Shown here in pieces: positions 39,517 to 53,489 of a DNA stretch of 64,000 nt. Position 1 is the stretch's first letter. Each line of letters opens with the position of its first letter. A program made the translations under genes and the position numbers. The notes beneath the pieces are model-generated. The model saw only the letters and a program-made list of their open reading frames with translations. It searched no databases and was not told where the DNA came from. The stretch comes from the human T2T-CHM13v2.0 reference genome, Homo sapiens. The stretch lies in NCBI RefSeq assembly GCF_009914755.1, contig NC_060940.1, one strand, 5' to 3'.

Positions 39517-40449
39517 TCAAGATACAAACATTCAGATTGGTTAGCCAGTGTTTGTAATGGAGAGGCAAGGACCTCTCTGTGAGTATAGACAACTAATTGT
39601 AGTACTGTCCAGTAGAACCCTCCAAAATAATGAAATGTTCTATGCCTGTTGTAATACACTCATCCCAAGCCATGTGTGGCTCTAGCTACACAGCATCCTT
39701 GTTATCTTCTCTGCATAGATCACATTCATATGCCTCCTTTCTGATTTCAGTTTCGGTTGGTTTAAATGAAGTGAGAACATGAAGACAACTGTGGTATATT
39801 CCAAGAGCAGAATCCTCTTACACTTTAATTTTTTTTTCAAATTTTTTTCCAGGTCTTTCACCACACCTAATCTGATTATTGTTTCCTTTAGCAATTTGCA
39901 TCTTTTGGGTATTTTGATACCTTCAGTGCCCATCTTCCCCTCTGACTCCTGCCTGGTTCCTTTCCTGAGATGGTTGGTTTCTTACCTGGATAGAGTGGAG
40001 GGTAGATGGGAACGAGTTCCAGTGGACAAGGTCTATGGAGTTTCCTTATTTTCGGCTCAGGAAGAGCCATGGAACCAGCACCTGAAAACCTGGAAGCAGA
40101 GATTGCTAATAACAGATTTGCAAAGACAGTGTGATCTGTGGTAGTACAAGGATTCCTGAGGTGAGAGACAGTATCAATCCTATCTGAGTATGTGTGGGAT
40201 CCATGGCTCTTAGAGGCCACAAAGACACCGAACAGGTAAACTTAATCTTTTGCATCTGTGAAGCTAGAAGAGCACAAAGACACTTTGGCACAGAGGGGCT
40301 CTTCTTAGGCCCTCAGCATGGGACTGCTGTCCACCTTCTACCATATACCCTCCCCCTTCCCGCTATGGGAAAAATTCCTTTATCTTCTACCAGTCAGAGG
40401 TCAGCCTCTACTTGGGGTCCCATGACAAGCAGATCTCTGACTGTTTTTA

Positions 40450-42300
40450 ACATAACATAGTAAGGGAAACTCAGCATCCAAACAGAGAAAGACCAACCCA
40501 AACAAACAAAACACCTGGCCAGTGAACTGAAGATTTTAAAAACAACAAAGAACCAAGCAAATAAACAAGGACACTTAAGGAAAATCAAATGCATACACAA
40601 AAAGAATGTCTGGACCTCAGAGATATGATTTCTCCATTGAATAGGGTTGCCAGAATTAAAGCAACTACATACAAACAACTACAAGACACCCCATTAAATT
40701 TTAATTTCACATAAATAGTAAATAATTTTAGTATACTATGTCCCATGCTATAGTCAACATACTTACACTAAAAATTTCAATGTTTGTTTGAGATTCACAT
40801 TTAATTAGTTGTTCTGCACTTTATCTGGCAGCTGTTCCATTGAACAATTTGGTAGATGAGTTAAAGAGAGAATGGTCATTGGAGAGATATGAACTAGTGA
40901 CTAGAAATACATTGGAAAAAATTCTCACCATATGGATCAAGCAAAATGGTGGACAAATAAGAGGAAAGATGAGACTTGGGGCTGGATCCAGGAGACCTAC
41001 CATGAGCAATGATACCAATCTCAGGAAAAAAGGAAACAAAGGAGAGGGAATAATTATAAAGTGTGTAATACAAAAAATTATTCCTAAACTGAAGAGACCC
41101 TGGAGTCTAGAGATTGAAATGACTCCCAGAGTTCTAGACTTGATTGATAAAGGAAAACACTCACTTGGGCATGTCCTGGTAAGATTCCTGAAAGTTTAAA
41201 ACAAAAACAGAACAAAATGCTGACAAGCTAATCAACAGAAAGTACACATTATCTGCAAAGGGGAAAATTGGCATCTGACTTCTTACTGTCAACATTGGAA
41301 GCCAGCAGACAATGGAAATGACATTTGCCAATAGCTAAGCTGAAAACAACTTATGATCCTCTACTTATTCAAGATGGTATTCACCCACCAGGGCAAAAGA
41401 AGGAAACTGTTAACACAAAAGAATGTGAAGAGTATACCACCAGCAATTCCCATCTGAAGAAAATAATCAAGCAAAGATCTTCAAAAGTGAGAGTTAGATT
41501 GAGACTTCAAGATATAGGGAGATGAGAGGAAACACAATACTGATGAAAAACGAACCCAGTATAGACAGGTTAAGTGGATATTCATGGCTACTGGGGGTTA
41601 TGTAGTGTAAATGCTACATAAGTCCTTTGGAAACAGGAGGGACATACAGCAAGGAAAATTCCAGTAATCATCTGGGACTAAAATCCTAGAGAATTCCAGG
41701 AAAACCTAGGAGTTATAGGTGGAGAGGGAGAAGAGACGTAAAAATGTTCCAAGGATCTCACCTTAGAGAGTGGGAAGGGGTGATGAGGAGAAAAGAGGGA
41801 AAGGAATCACTTTAGAAGTCTCATCTCCTACAGGGTCAAGGTACACAGGAAAAAGAAGACCATGGTGGAGGAATAATGTGCCTTTCTGGAGGAAACACTG
41901 GAATCTCACCTGCAAAAAAAAAAAAAAAATAGTACATAGATGTCTAATGAGCATAAGAAAAGAGAATGGAACAAAAATTTCAATAAAACATCTAAATTAA
42001 CAAGGAGAAAACAGAAGGAAAATAGAATGAATAGTAATCCAATGAAATCAGAAAAAAATGAGGAAAAAACAAATAGAAATTGATAATTAAAATAATTATG
42101 AATGTAAATTTTAAAGTAATGTAAAATGTAAGATTGAGCATATCAGTCTTTATGCTAAAGAAAAGTTAAAAATAAAGGGATGGACAAGCAGACACCAGGA
42201 AAACACAGTGAAAAACAAAGGAGGAAAGGAAGCAATATTACCAGAAAAGATGGAATTTAAGGCTAAAAGCACTAAGCACTAAAACAGGGACTCTATCACG
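40450..42300 (+). mobile_element. Ancient L1ME ORF1 remnant
   Basis: ORF 40840-41199 (IIPKLK..SLEIE..PRV..HVLVRF) resembles L1 ORF1p. Confidence 0.6.
40641..40832. mobile_element. MER53 MITE
   Basis: agggttgccaga...tatctggcagc, internal palindromic layout. Confidence 0.8.
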
Positions 42301-43218
42301 AACACAATGATCCATATAGATTCTTGTTTTTGTGACGCTAGCTACAGAAGTGAAGGAAAGAGACATGTTCTTGGTACATATGAGAGCTCAGGGAATGAGA
42401 ATGACAAGCAGAGCCCAGGGACAAAATGTCAGAACGAAGGTGAACAGTTAGAAATTAAAACTGACATCAGCAAAATGGTGGAATCAGAGCTTTCTACCAT
42501 CATCACGCCTCACTCCACAGAAGCATTAACTTTAATAATTACCAACAGATAGGAGTATCTTTGGGAAGAGTCCAGTGGAAAAGTTTCAGCACACTATTGG
42601 CACAACAACTCTGAGGCTAGGTGCACTGAAGAGGGTAACAAGAACAGTTAACACTATCCATGTCATCTGCCCTCCAAGACGGCACAGCCCAGTGACAAAA
42701 AGGAGTTGTCCACTTTGATCACAGTTTCTCCCACGGGAGAAAGCGAGAGCATAGTGGTGAATGTCCAGCTTCCCCAGCCATGCAGGACGCAGTTCATGAA
42801 GACCACTTCTTTCTCATCTCGGCAAGAATACTGAAGTGAACTGTAGAGCTCAGTGGTTGGGAGAGCATGTTCCTATGAAGAGAGGATGCAGATCCACAGA
42901 CTCCATCAGGAAACCCCTCCACGAGCCACTTGGGATGCCTTGCTCGTGGACCCCTCCCAAATGACCCACAGGCACCCCAAACACTGCTTACCCTCAACCC
43001 CATCTTCCCCAGACCAGTCTCCCAAGCATGCCCCTGTGGACAGCACTGCAAGCATCTTACAAAAAGAGCCAGTTCAATTTTGTGGGATTGGAGGAATGCA
43101 CACAATTTGAGGGTTTCAAGACACCATTCTAGGAAAAACAAACAGGAGACTCTGAGCACCTGGCCTGGCTTTGCAGAGTCAAGAGCAGGTATACAACCTT
43201 AAGAAATCCCCTTAGAGG

Positions 43219-43629
<411 letters not shown>

Positions 43630-44820
43630 TCAGTAAAGACTGGAAGAGGTGACTACTCCTTCAAATGTGAAGATAGCAACACAAAATGTAGAGAAGCATG
43701 AAAAATCAAGGAAAAGGAGGACAGGGTAGGGAAAAAAAGAAATCAAGAAAACATGACACCACCAAAAGAACAGAATAACCAACTCCAAAGATAAGGAGAT
43801 CTGTAATTGCCTGAAAAGATTTCAAAATAATTTCTTAAGAAAACTCAAAGAGCTGTAAAAAAAAAAAAAAAAAAAAAAACAGCAACAAAACAATAAATAA
43901 ATGAAACAACAAGTTCAATAAAGAAATAGAAATCATTTTAAAAAAACAAAAATTCTGGAATTGAAGAAAACAATGAATAAAATGAAAAAACTGCAATAGA
44001 AGGGGACAATGGCAGATATGATTAGGCAAGTAATCTGTAAACTCAAAGACCGGTCTCTAAAAAATATTCAGACAAAGAAGGAAAAAGAAAAAAGAATGAA
44101 AAGGAATGAAGAGAGCCTATAAGATTTATATGACACCATCATAAGAGCTACCATTCACATTATAGAAGTCTCAGAAGAAGGAATAAAGAAATGGGCAGAG
44201 TGTTTATTGAAAAAAATAATGGCTGAAACCTTCCTATATCTGGTGAGACATATGGACATCCAGATATATGAAGCTCAAAAGTCTCCAATCAGGGTCAATC
44301 CAAATAATTCTTTACCAAATCATATTATAATCAAACTGCCAAAAATTAAAGGAAAAAAAAAAAAGATTTTGAAAGCAGGAAGTGGAAAGAGATTCCTCAC
44401 ATACAAGGGAACTCTCATAAGGATATCAGCAAATTTCTCAGCAGAAACTTTGCAGGTCAGGAGACAGTGGGATGACATAGTCACAGTGCTTAAAGGAAAA
44501 TAACTGTCAATCAAGAATATTATATCTGGCAAAGCTGTCCTTCAGAAATGAAGAAGAGATAAAGACTTTCCAAGATAAACGAAGCTCAGGAAGTACATCA
44601 CTGCTAGACTTGCCTTACAAAAAATGCTAAATGCAGTTCTTCAAACTGAGACAAAAGAACACTAATTAGTAAGATGAAAACATAGGAAAATATAAAACTC
44701 ACTGGTAAAAGTGAGTATATAGTCAAATTCAGAATACTCTAATACTGTAATGGTGGTGTGTAAATCACTTATAACCCTAGTACAAAGGTTAAAAGACAGA
44801 ACTATTAAAATAATAATAGC

Positions 44821-45160
<340 letters not shown>

Positions 45161-45591
45161 TTAAAAGATGTAAATTGTGACAACAAAAACATAAAATGTG
45201 AGGGAAAGGGAGTAAAAGTGCTAAGTTTTTATATGCAATCAAAGTTAAGATGACATCAGCTTAAAATTAACTGTTATAACTATGATATGTTTTATATAGG
45301 CTTCCTGATAACCACAAAGCAAAAACCTAGAATAGATACACAGCAGATGAAGAGAAAAGAATGAAATCACACCGCTATAGAAAATGATCAAATCACAAAG
45401 GAAGACAGCAAGAGAAGGAGAAAGGAACAAAACATCTTTTTTTAAAAAAAAAAAGAGCCAGAAAGCAATTAACAAAATGAGAACAGTAAGTCCTTACCTA
45501 TCATTAATTGAGTGTAAATGAATTAAATGCTCCAATCAAAAGACATACAGTGGCTGAATGGACTAAAAAAAAAAAAAAAAAAAAAAAAAAC

Positions 45592-45915
45592 AGAGCCAGG
45601 TGGCTCATGTCTGTAATCTTAGCACTTTGGGAGGCCAAGGCAGGAGGATGGCTTGAAGCCAGGAGTTTGAGACCAGTCTAGGCAACACAATGAGACCCTT
45701 TCTCTAAAAAAAAAAATAATAATAATAATAATAATAAAATAATTAGCTCAGTACGGTGGTGTATGCCTGTACCTCTAGCTACCCGGGAGGCTGAGGCAAG
45801 AGAATTGCTTGAGTCCAGGAGTTCAAGGTTACAGTAAGCTGTGATCATACCACTGCACTCCAACCTGGGTGACAGATTAAGACCCTATCAAACAAACAGC
45901 AACAACAAAAAAAAG
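45592..45915 (+). mobile_element. AluJ with (AAT)n linker
   Basis: Divergent dimer. Confidence 0.9.
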
Positions 45916-46488
45916 AAGACCCCCCTCCCCTCAACTATATGCTACCTACAAGAGACTCACTTCAGCTTTAAGGACACATGTAAACTGAAAGTGAAAAAGA
46001 TATTCCATGCAAAAAGAAAACAAAAGAGAGCAAGGTAGCCATATTTATATCACACAAAATAGACTAAGTCAAAAATTGACAAACAGACAAAGTAGATCAT
46101 TATATAATGATAAAGGAGTTAATTCATCAAGAGGACTAACAATTGTAAATATATATGTGCCCAACACCAGAGAACCAAAATATGTAAGGCAAATATTAAC
46201 AGACACAAAGAGAGAAATAGGCAGCAATACAATAATAGCACGGGGCTTCAGCACCCCACTTAGAACAAACAGTAGATCATCAAGACAGAAAATCAATAAG
46301 CGAACATTAGACTTGAACTATACTTTGGACCAAATGGATCTTGCTGTGTTGCCTAGACGTCTCAAACTCCTGGCCTTATGCGCCACCGTGCCTGATCCTG
46401 ATTTTGTTTTTTTCCATTCAGAAGCAGAATATACATTCTTCCTGAATGCGAAGAGAGCATTATCTAGGATAGATCATATGTTAGGCGT

Positions 46489-46838
46489 CTGTCTTAGTCC
46501 ATTATTCGGGCTGCTAAACAGAATACCTTAGATTGGTTAATTTATAAATAATAGAAATTTATTTCTTATAATTCTGGAGACTGGAAACTCCAAGATTAAG
46601 TCCCCAGCAGATTCAGTGTCTGATGAAATCTTGCACTTTGCTTCACAGACGGCTCCTCTTGCCACACCCTCACATGGCAGGAGAAGGCAGCTCCTCAACT
46701 TTTTTTTTTTTTTGTAATGGCACTTAACCCCATTCGTGAGGGCAAAGCCCTCATGACTTGATCACCTCATAAAGGCCTTGCCTCCTGATACTATCATATT
46801 GGGGATTAAGTTTCAACATATGAATTTTGACGATAGCA
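46489..46838 (-). mobile_element. MaLR LTR (MSTC/MLT1A-like) inside the L1
   Basis: tgtcttagtcc...aagtttcaacatatgaatttt...atagca. Confidence 0.8.
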
Positions 46839-47666
46839 GCCACAAAGCAAGCCTCAACAAATTTAAGATTGACCTCTATCATACATCTTTTCCAACCACA
46901 ATAGTACAAAACTAGAAATCAATAACAGGAGGAAAACTGTGATATTCACAAATAGGTAGAAATTAAACAACCTACTCCTCACATGATGATATCAATAGAT
47001 GCAGAAAAAGCATTTGACAAAATCCAACACCAATTTGTGATAAAAACTCTCAATAAACTAGGAATAGAGAGCAACTTCCTCAAGTTGATAAAGAATAAAC
47101 AACATGCTCCTTAACAACCAATGAGTCAAAGAAGAAATCAAAAGAGAAATTTAAAAATATCTTGAGACAAACAAAAATGGAAATACAATATAGCAAACTT
47201 TATGAGACGCAGCAAAAGCGTTCTAGGAGGGAAGCTTATAGCAATAAATGCCCACATGGGGGGAAAAATAAGATCTTAAATAATTCACCTAACTTTACAC
47301 CTCAAGGTAAACAAAGAACAAACTAAGCCCATAGTTATTAAAAAGAAGGAAATAATAAAGATCAGAGCAAAAATAATCAGATAGAGTAGAAAAACAAGAG
47401 ATCAAGAAAACTAAGTTTCTTTTTTGAAAAGATAAACAAAATTGACAAAGCTTTATCTAGACTAAAAGAAGAGTCAAAATCAAAACTGAAAGAGGAAATA
47501 TTATAACCAATAACACAGAAATTCAAAGGATCATAATAGGCTACTATAAGCATTTATACACCAACACATCATATAACCTAGAAGAAATGAATAAATTCCT
47601 AGAAACATACAACCTATTAAGACTGAAATAGAATTTAGAAAAGAGCAATTAAAATTACATGCCCTG

Positions 47667-47908
47667 TTCTCATGGATAACTGGGAGCTGAACAGTGAGAA
47701 CACATGGACACAGGGAGGGGAAAAACACACCCTGAGGCTTGTCAAGAGGTAAGGTCAGGGGAGGGAGAACATTAGGAAAAATAGCTAATGCGTGCTGGGC
47801 TTAATACCTTGGTGATGGGTTGACAGGTACAGCAAACCACCATGGCACACATTTACCTATGTAACAAACCTGCACATCCTGCATATGTACTCTGGAACTT
47901 AAAGTTTA
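47667..47908 (+). mobile_element. 5'-truncated L1PA 3' end
   Basis: TSD aaaattacatgc(c/t)ctg at 47651 and 47909. Confidence 0.88.
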
Positions 47909-48545
47909 AAAATTACATGCTCTGATTAATGAAATAACAAAAAATTATAGAAAATATATAAATAACCAAAAGTAGGATAAGTAAAAATTCCAAAAACTGG
48001 AAAACCTTTTACAAGTTTGATTAAACAAAAAAAGAACAGGGAAATTATATATGCAAGATTCAGAATGCTTAAAAATATTATAAGAAAATACTACCATAAA
48101 TATTTTTTAAACTTTTAGTAAATGAATGATTTTCTAGAAATGTGTTTATTACCAAAACCACCCCCCAAAATGGAAAACTTGAATAAACCATTATGATGGA
48201 AAAATAAGATGATTAAATGTCTACTCTTGTACAAGGCTTTAGGACAACATAGGTTCATGTTTTCAAAATATATAAAACCAATATAATTTTAACTATTTCA
48301 GCCAGTAGAAAAAGATAGAAAACTCTTTGATTCATTTTAGGAGTCCAACGTCACATTTAACACCAAAACCCAACAAAGATTTTAAAAATTAAACATAGAA
48401 CAAGATTTATCTAGAAAAACAAACCTCTTTGTTTTTGCACTCATATTCCATTAGTGTGTGTAATGTTTCATTAAATTATATGAATATAATAAACATTCAA
48501 TCAGTCTAAAAAGGATTAGGAACAAACATAACTGACTCCTGATGA

Positions 48546-49000
48546 GTGTATTACACAATTATTGCCAAAATAGCACTGCACAACAAATCACCCCAAAACT
48601 CAAAGTTTCTACAACCACAAACATTTATTCTCATGTTCTTGGGTCTGCAGGTCCACTGCAGTTTGGCTTGTCTAGGCTGGGCCCAGAGAGTGGCTTTGCT
48701 TTAAGCTGTAGGTCAGCTGGGCTGGATTTCCTGCTGTGAGTTTCATTCATATCTTTACTACTTGTCTTCTTCTTGGACCAGTGGCTTCTTAGGGCTTTTT
48801 CTTTCCACGGGAGTAACAAAGTGCAAAAGCCAAGCTAAGTCACACAAGCAGATTTAAGGCCTCTCTTCACCTCAAGTCTGCTAGCCTTCCTTTGGCCAAA
48901 GCAAGTCACATGGCCAAGCCAAACTCAATGATGCAGGAAGGTGTATTCCAACCACAGGGGGAGCAAGTATATTGAATGATGGTCCCAACCACCACAATAA
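48546..49000 (-). mobile_element. MLT1J/K-like LTR
   Basis: caaatcaccccaaaactca...ggccaaagcaagtcacatggccaag. Confidence 0.7.
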
Positions 49001-49339
49001 GTCTACAATTCAACTAATCAAAGCTGTAAACATCAAACTCTACTGTTGAAAGCCCTAGTATGTAAGTTAAAGAAAAAAAAAAAACTAGCTTATTAGCCCC
49101 AAATGTTTATCATGCTGAGGACACACAGAATGAACAAAGATTGTGAAGACTGTGAATTGCTTAAGTGAATGGCGCTATAAGGGCTGCTGAAACACTGCAT
49201 ATTGGGTTGGAGTGTTTCTTCCTCATATATCACTAATTTTCAAAATGGTTATAGATTCTTATATCTTAAAATGGAATATGGGTATTCATTAAGTATAATT
49301 GTGTAAGCAATGGCCACTTCATACTGTAAATGACCACGT

Positions 49340-49470
49340 CTGCCTCCCTTTAAACTGTAAGCTCCTTGAAGATAGAGACCATATCCTTTCAACTCTATGT
49401 CCTCAGCACCTAGCATTGTGCCTGGTACATAACAGGCACTTCATCAGTTCTTGAGTGAGTGAACAATGAG
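49340..49470 (+). mobile_element. L2 3' end
   Basis: actgtaagctccttgaag...cctagcattgtgcctggtacataacaggc. Confidence 0.75.
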
Positions 49471-50024
49471 CCTCCTCGGCCTATCCCAGGGCTGTGATTG
49501 GCATTAAGGCTCCTGACTCCACTTGGATGGCCCTGCGTTTGGAAACTGCCTCCCCAATCCAGATTTGAGTTATTGGGAGTTTCCAGTTCTATACAGAATG
49601 GCTCTCTCTCCAGGGCCTTAAATCCTGACTCTTAAGACATCTCCTCTTAGACTTAAATCTGTTAAAGCCCCAGACCCGTTCTTTCTTTTAGCAAGACAGA
49701 GTGAGGCTCACTGACTTTTCTTCTGGCCTCATTTCCTCTTCTGATGAATCTGCCTTTCCCTTATCTCTGTCAATTCAATTCAACAGTCACTGAGCACCTA
49801 ATACATGCCTGACTCTTCCCTGGGAAACATGAAGATGGCACAACCAACATCTGTTTCCAAAGAAGTTACATCCTTTTATGAGAAATCATTCCTTCAACTT
49901 CTAAATAAAATGTCTCCGTTTACATTTGCAACCGTGATTTTCCAGCTATACTTGTTTATTAGGCGGCAAAGATTTCCCAAAACTAACTTCTTAGTGGTTG
50001 TGTAACTAACATTCCTTTCTTCTA

Positions 50025-50372
50025 AAACAGTCCTAATAGAAATATAATACATACCACAAATGTGATTTTTAAATTTCAGTAGCCAAGATAAAAAAAGAAG
50101 TAAAAAGAAACAGGAGAAATTAAACTTAATAATATAGTTTACTCAACCCAGTGTATCTGAAATGTTATCTTTTAGTATATAATCAATATGAAATAATTTT
50201 TTCCAGCCTCTATATTCAAGATCATCGATATGAAATTTTTTCATATACATTTTTTTCATACTAAGCCTTTGAAGTCTGATGTGTATTTTATGTTTCTAGC
50301 ATATCTCAATTTGGACTACCTACATTTCAAGTGCTCAGAAACCACATGTGGCTACCATATTAGGCAGCACAG
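50025..50372. mobile_element. MER33
   Basis: aatagaaatataat...catttcaagtgctc...ccacatgtggctaccatatt. Confidence 0.75.
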
Positions 50373-50705
50373 TTATAAAAAATCGGTGTATTCCTACAGA
50401 GTTGTGTTGAACAGTTGCTCCCAGTCAAACTTACTGCCATGGTTATTGTTTCAAATGTACGTGTCTTCATGTTAACTCTGCCACAGAGGTTTGGGTAAAG
50501 TTTTCCCATTTATTAATAATAATTTCCTGAGAGCCTTATATGGTAGATGTTTTAAATAAGTTATTTCATCTAAACCTAACTTAAAAGTAGATATAATTAT
50601 TCTCATTTACAGATGGTAAAATGGAGACATACAGAGGCAAAAACTTGCCTCATGTCAGGCAGCTAGAAAATATCTAGCTTAAAAGCTTGTATTCTTTCCT
50701 CCACA

Positions 50706-50930
50706 GCAGGGTTCAGCAATTGTTTTCTGTAAAGGGCCAGCTAGCCCCTAGTCTAGCCTTTATGGGCCACTCATTCATTGTGACAACCTCTCAACTCTGC
50801 TGTTGTGGTGAGAAAGCAGCCATAGGCAATATGTGAATAGATGGGTGTAGTTGTGTTCCAATAAAACTTTATCTACAAAAGCTGGCAGCAGGCTGGATTC
50901 AGGCCTTGGGCTATTGTTTGTCAACCCTGA
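50706..50930. mobile_element. MER58A
   Basis: cagggttcagcaattgttttctgtaaagggccag...ccaataaaactttat. Confidence 0.85.
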
Positions 50931-51435
50931 TCTACAGCATATCTTTATTTAACTCTAGCATTTCTCAAGACACTTTGAAAGTGATTATTCTGGACAACCC
51001 AACAGTCATCATTGTATGCATAAATCTCAGAATGAGATGACAAAGGCTTAAATTTTGAGACAGCTCAGATAAATAAAAAAACTCACTGAAGTCCATTCTT
51101 TTAAATAGTATCTTACCTAATCCTTGAGGGATGTGGTGTCTTCCTATCCTCAGACCTCACCAGCAGGTGTTAGATTCTCATACCTTCACCCTGTGGTCTA
51201 AACTGAGTGTTCAGTTTGTACCTATTCTATCATACATGTTCAGCGCATCCTCAATCTGAGTGTTCTGGCCTCTCAGTTATCCAAAGGTACAACTACCCAG
51301 AAGAAGTGAAGGTCCTCCTCTGAGAGTCAAACTGTAAATCAAGATACAGGAACTGGAGCAACGATCTATGAATTCATCTTAAAGACCCAAAATGACTCAC
51401 AGGCCCTAACATTAAAATATGCCCGACTTGTTGGC

Positions 51436-51606
51436 AGGATGGATGGATGATTGAAAGATGATAAATCAATTATGACAGATTGTTGGTAGATAGATGGTTG
51501 ATAGATGATTGATAATCAATAGATGATAGATCAATTGATGATAGATATATCGTTGGTAGATAGTGCATAGATGATAGACACAAAGATTAGATTAGATTAG
51601 ATAGAT
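51436..51606. repeat. Degenerate (GATA)n/(GGAT)n tract
   Basis: tagatagatg repeats. Confidence 0.85.
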
Positions 51607-52297
51607 GAAAGAGAGAGAATACTTAACACTAAACACGAGTGCTCAGCAACAGAGAGAAGAGAGTCACGGGGCAGTATTGGAGCTTTCCATCTCAGTGTCA
51701 TCTAAGGAGCAGGCTGCCCTTTCAACTATCACAAAAATCTCTGCTTTGAGGCTAGACACAGCAGACCTAAGCAGTAAACTTCCAGTCATACAACCAGCTT
51801 CACTTTATTCTCATTCCCAGTCATCTTCTGATTATGCTTTGGTTTCCCATGAAGTTTTTTTGAACAAAAGAATGTCCTAATCAAGCCTTGGCAGCTGCCT
51901 TATCTCCCCAACATGTTTCTTATTATAAACCAATAAACGAGTATCTGTTCGACGCTTTGGTCTCCGACAGCCTTGTTCATATGGCCTGTGATCCTAGGTC
52001 AAGCTATCTCCGGTACAAACTCTCACTTCTTAGTCTGCAAAGATGAAGGAGAGATCCAATGGGGACTTGAAGAAATTTACCAACGTCAATGAAGAACACT
52101 TCAGTGGCCTAGCTGTTTATTTCTAGCAGGAGAGTTTTTTGGTTTCTGTACACTTTCCTTGATCCGAGAACAACTTTAGAAGCAAGAGAAAAACAAAACA
52201 AAAACCCTGTTTCTTTTCCAAGTCCCCATTTTTCTCTGCCTCTGTTCTTGGAAGACTCTAGCAAAACACTTTTCTAGAGTAGTCCTAAAAATGGGTC

Positions 52298-52317
52298 CAC
52301 CTGCCCCCTGGTGGCAG
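52298..52317 (-). promoter_or_regulatory. CTCF motif
   Basis: Minus strand TGCCACCAGGGGGCAG, close to the CTCF core consensus; lies in non-repeat DNA. Confidence 0.7.
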
Positions 52318-52759
52318 ACATAAATGGATCCCCATAGACTTACAAACCCTCCTTCCTGAACTTTCCCTGCCAGGGGAATTGTTTTCTACCCTCCTCAGCA
52401 CTGGGGGGCTCATTTACTTGAATAAGATGAGCACTGGTTCCCCCAAAGATGGCCTTGGGCTTCCTGACCTGACTTAGAGGGCCTGGCTTATCTGAGATCT
52501 GCACTGAGAGCAACCATGGGCCTTACGAAGAACCAGGAAAGTGAGAGGCTGGAATGCCTTGCGAAAAGAATGAAAGGATTTGGAGTCCACTGAGAAAAGC
52601 TTCTGGAAGACACTTCTCAAATTTACCAGAAAAAAAAACATGGTCTCAGGGCAAGAATTTGGAGAAGAATGATAATCAGCATAGACCGCGTTACAATGGT
52701 GTAATGACTCAATGGGACCTTTACCAGTCCTACAATATGCGTTATCTTTATACTTCCTT

Positions 52760-53190
52760 ATCTGTGCTGATTACCTCCCATTCATCCCTGTGGGTCCAGC
52801 TTCTGTGCCTTTCCCTGTCCCATGAGGCTGACCAGTATGGATTACATCAGTGGGCTCTCTTGCCCTCTTGCTTCTTGTTGGGTACAGCCAATGAAAGTGA
52901 CCAGCAGAAATCAGAGGGTAGGAGGAGAATGAATCCGGGCAGTTGTCATTTGGGCTGTCCCCCTGTGGAAGGCAGCCCTGTATATACAGCCACCCTCTCT
53001 GTGTTCCTACAATGGCTTCCTCACCTCACCCATTCAGGCCTGGGATGGTAATGCTCCACGTTGCCACCATCCCCACTTTGGTTCCCTTAAACTCTTCCCA
53101 TACCTCTATAGGTAGTCACTTTATTGATCTCTCCTCAAATTATCCAGATCACATGTGCCATCTCTTTCCCACCAGGACCCTGACCATATG
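52760..53190 (-). mobile_element. ERVL LTR (LTR33/41-like)
   Basis: gaggctgaccagtatggattacatca...cagccaatg. Confidence 0.55.
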
Positions 53191-53489
53191 CCTCTCTGCC
53201 GGAATGTCCCTCTCTGGTCACCCGTCCCTCATTAACTCTGATACTTAAAGGAGGAGCATAAATATTACCTCCTCTGTATGCAAGTATGGTAAGGAAGAGT
53301 GTTTACTGCTTCCTACAGATGGGGGACTATGCCCAGTCTCTGCCCTGAGACCAGGGACAAGTTCTATTCTCTGAAAATGGGGGTAAGGGCACTCACCGGC
53401 AGGCTGTCTAGAGGAACATGCGTTCTGTAAATATTGTTCCCATCCCCATGACATTGGCAACGATCACGCATTTCTTTGCTCCCACAGCA

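Noticed and set aside
52554-53051. 165-aa ORF
   Set aside because: Runs into an LTR; no recognisable domain or gene structure
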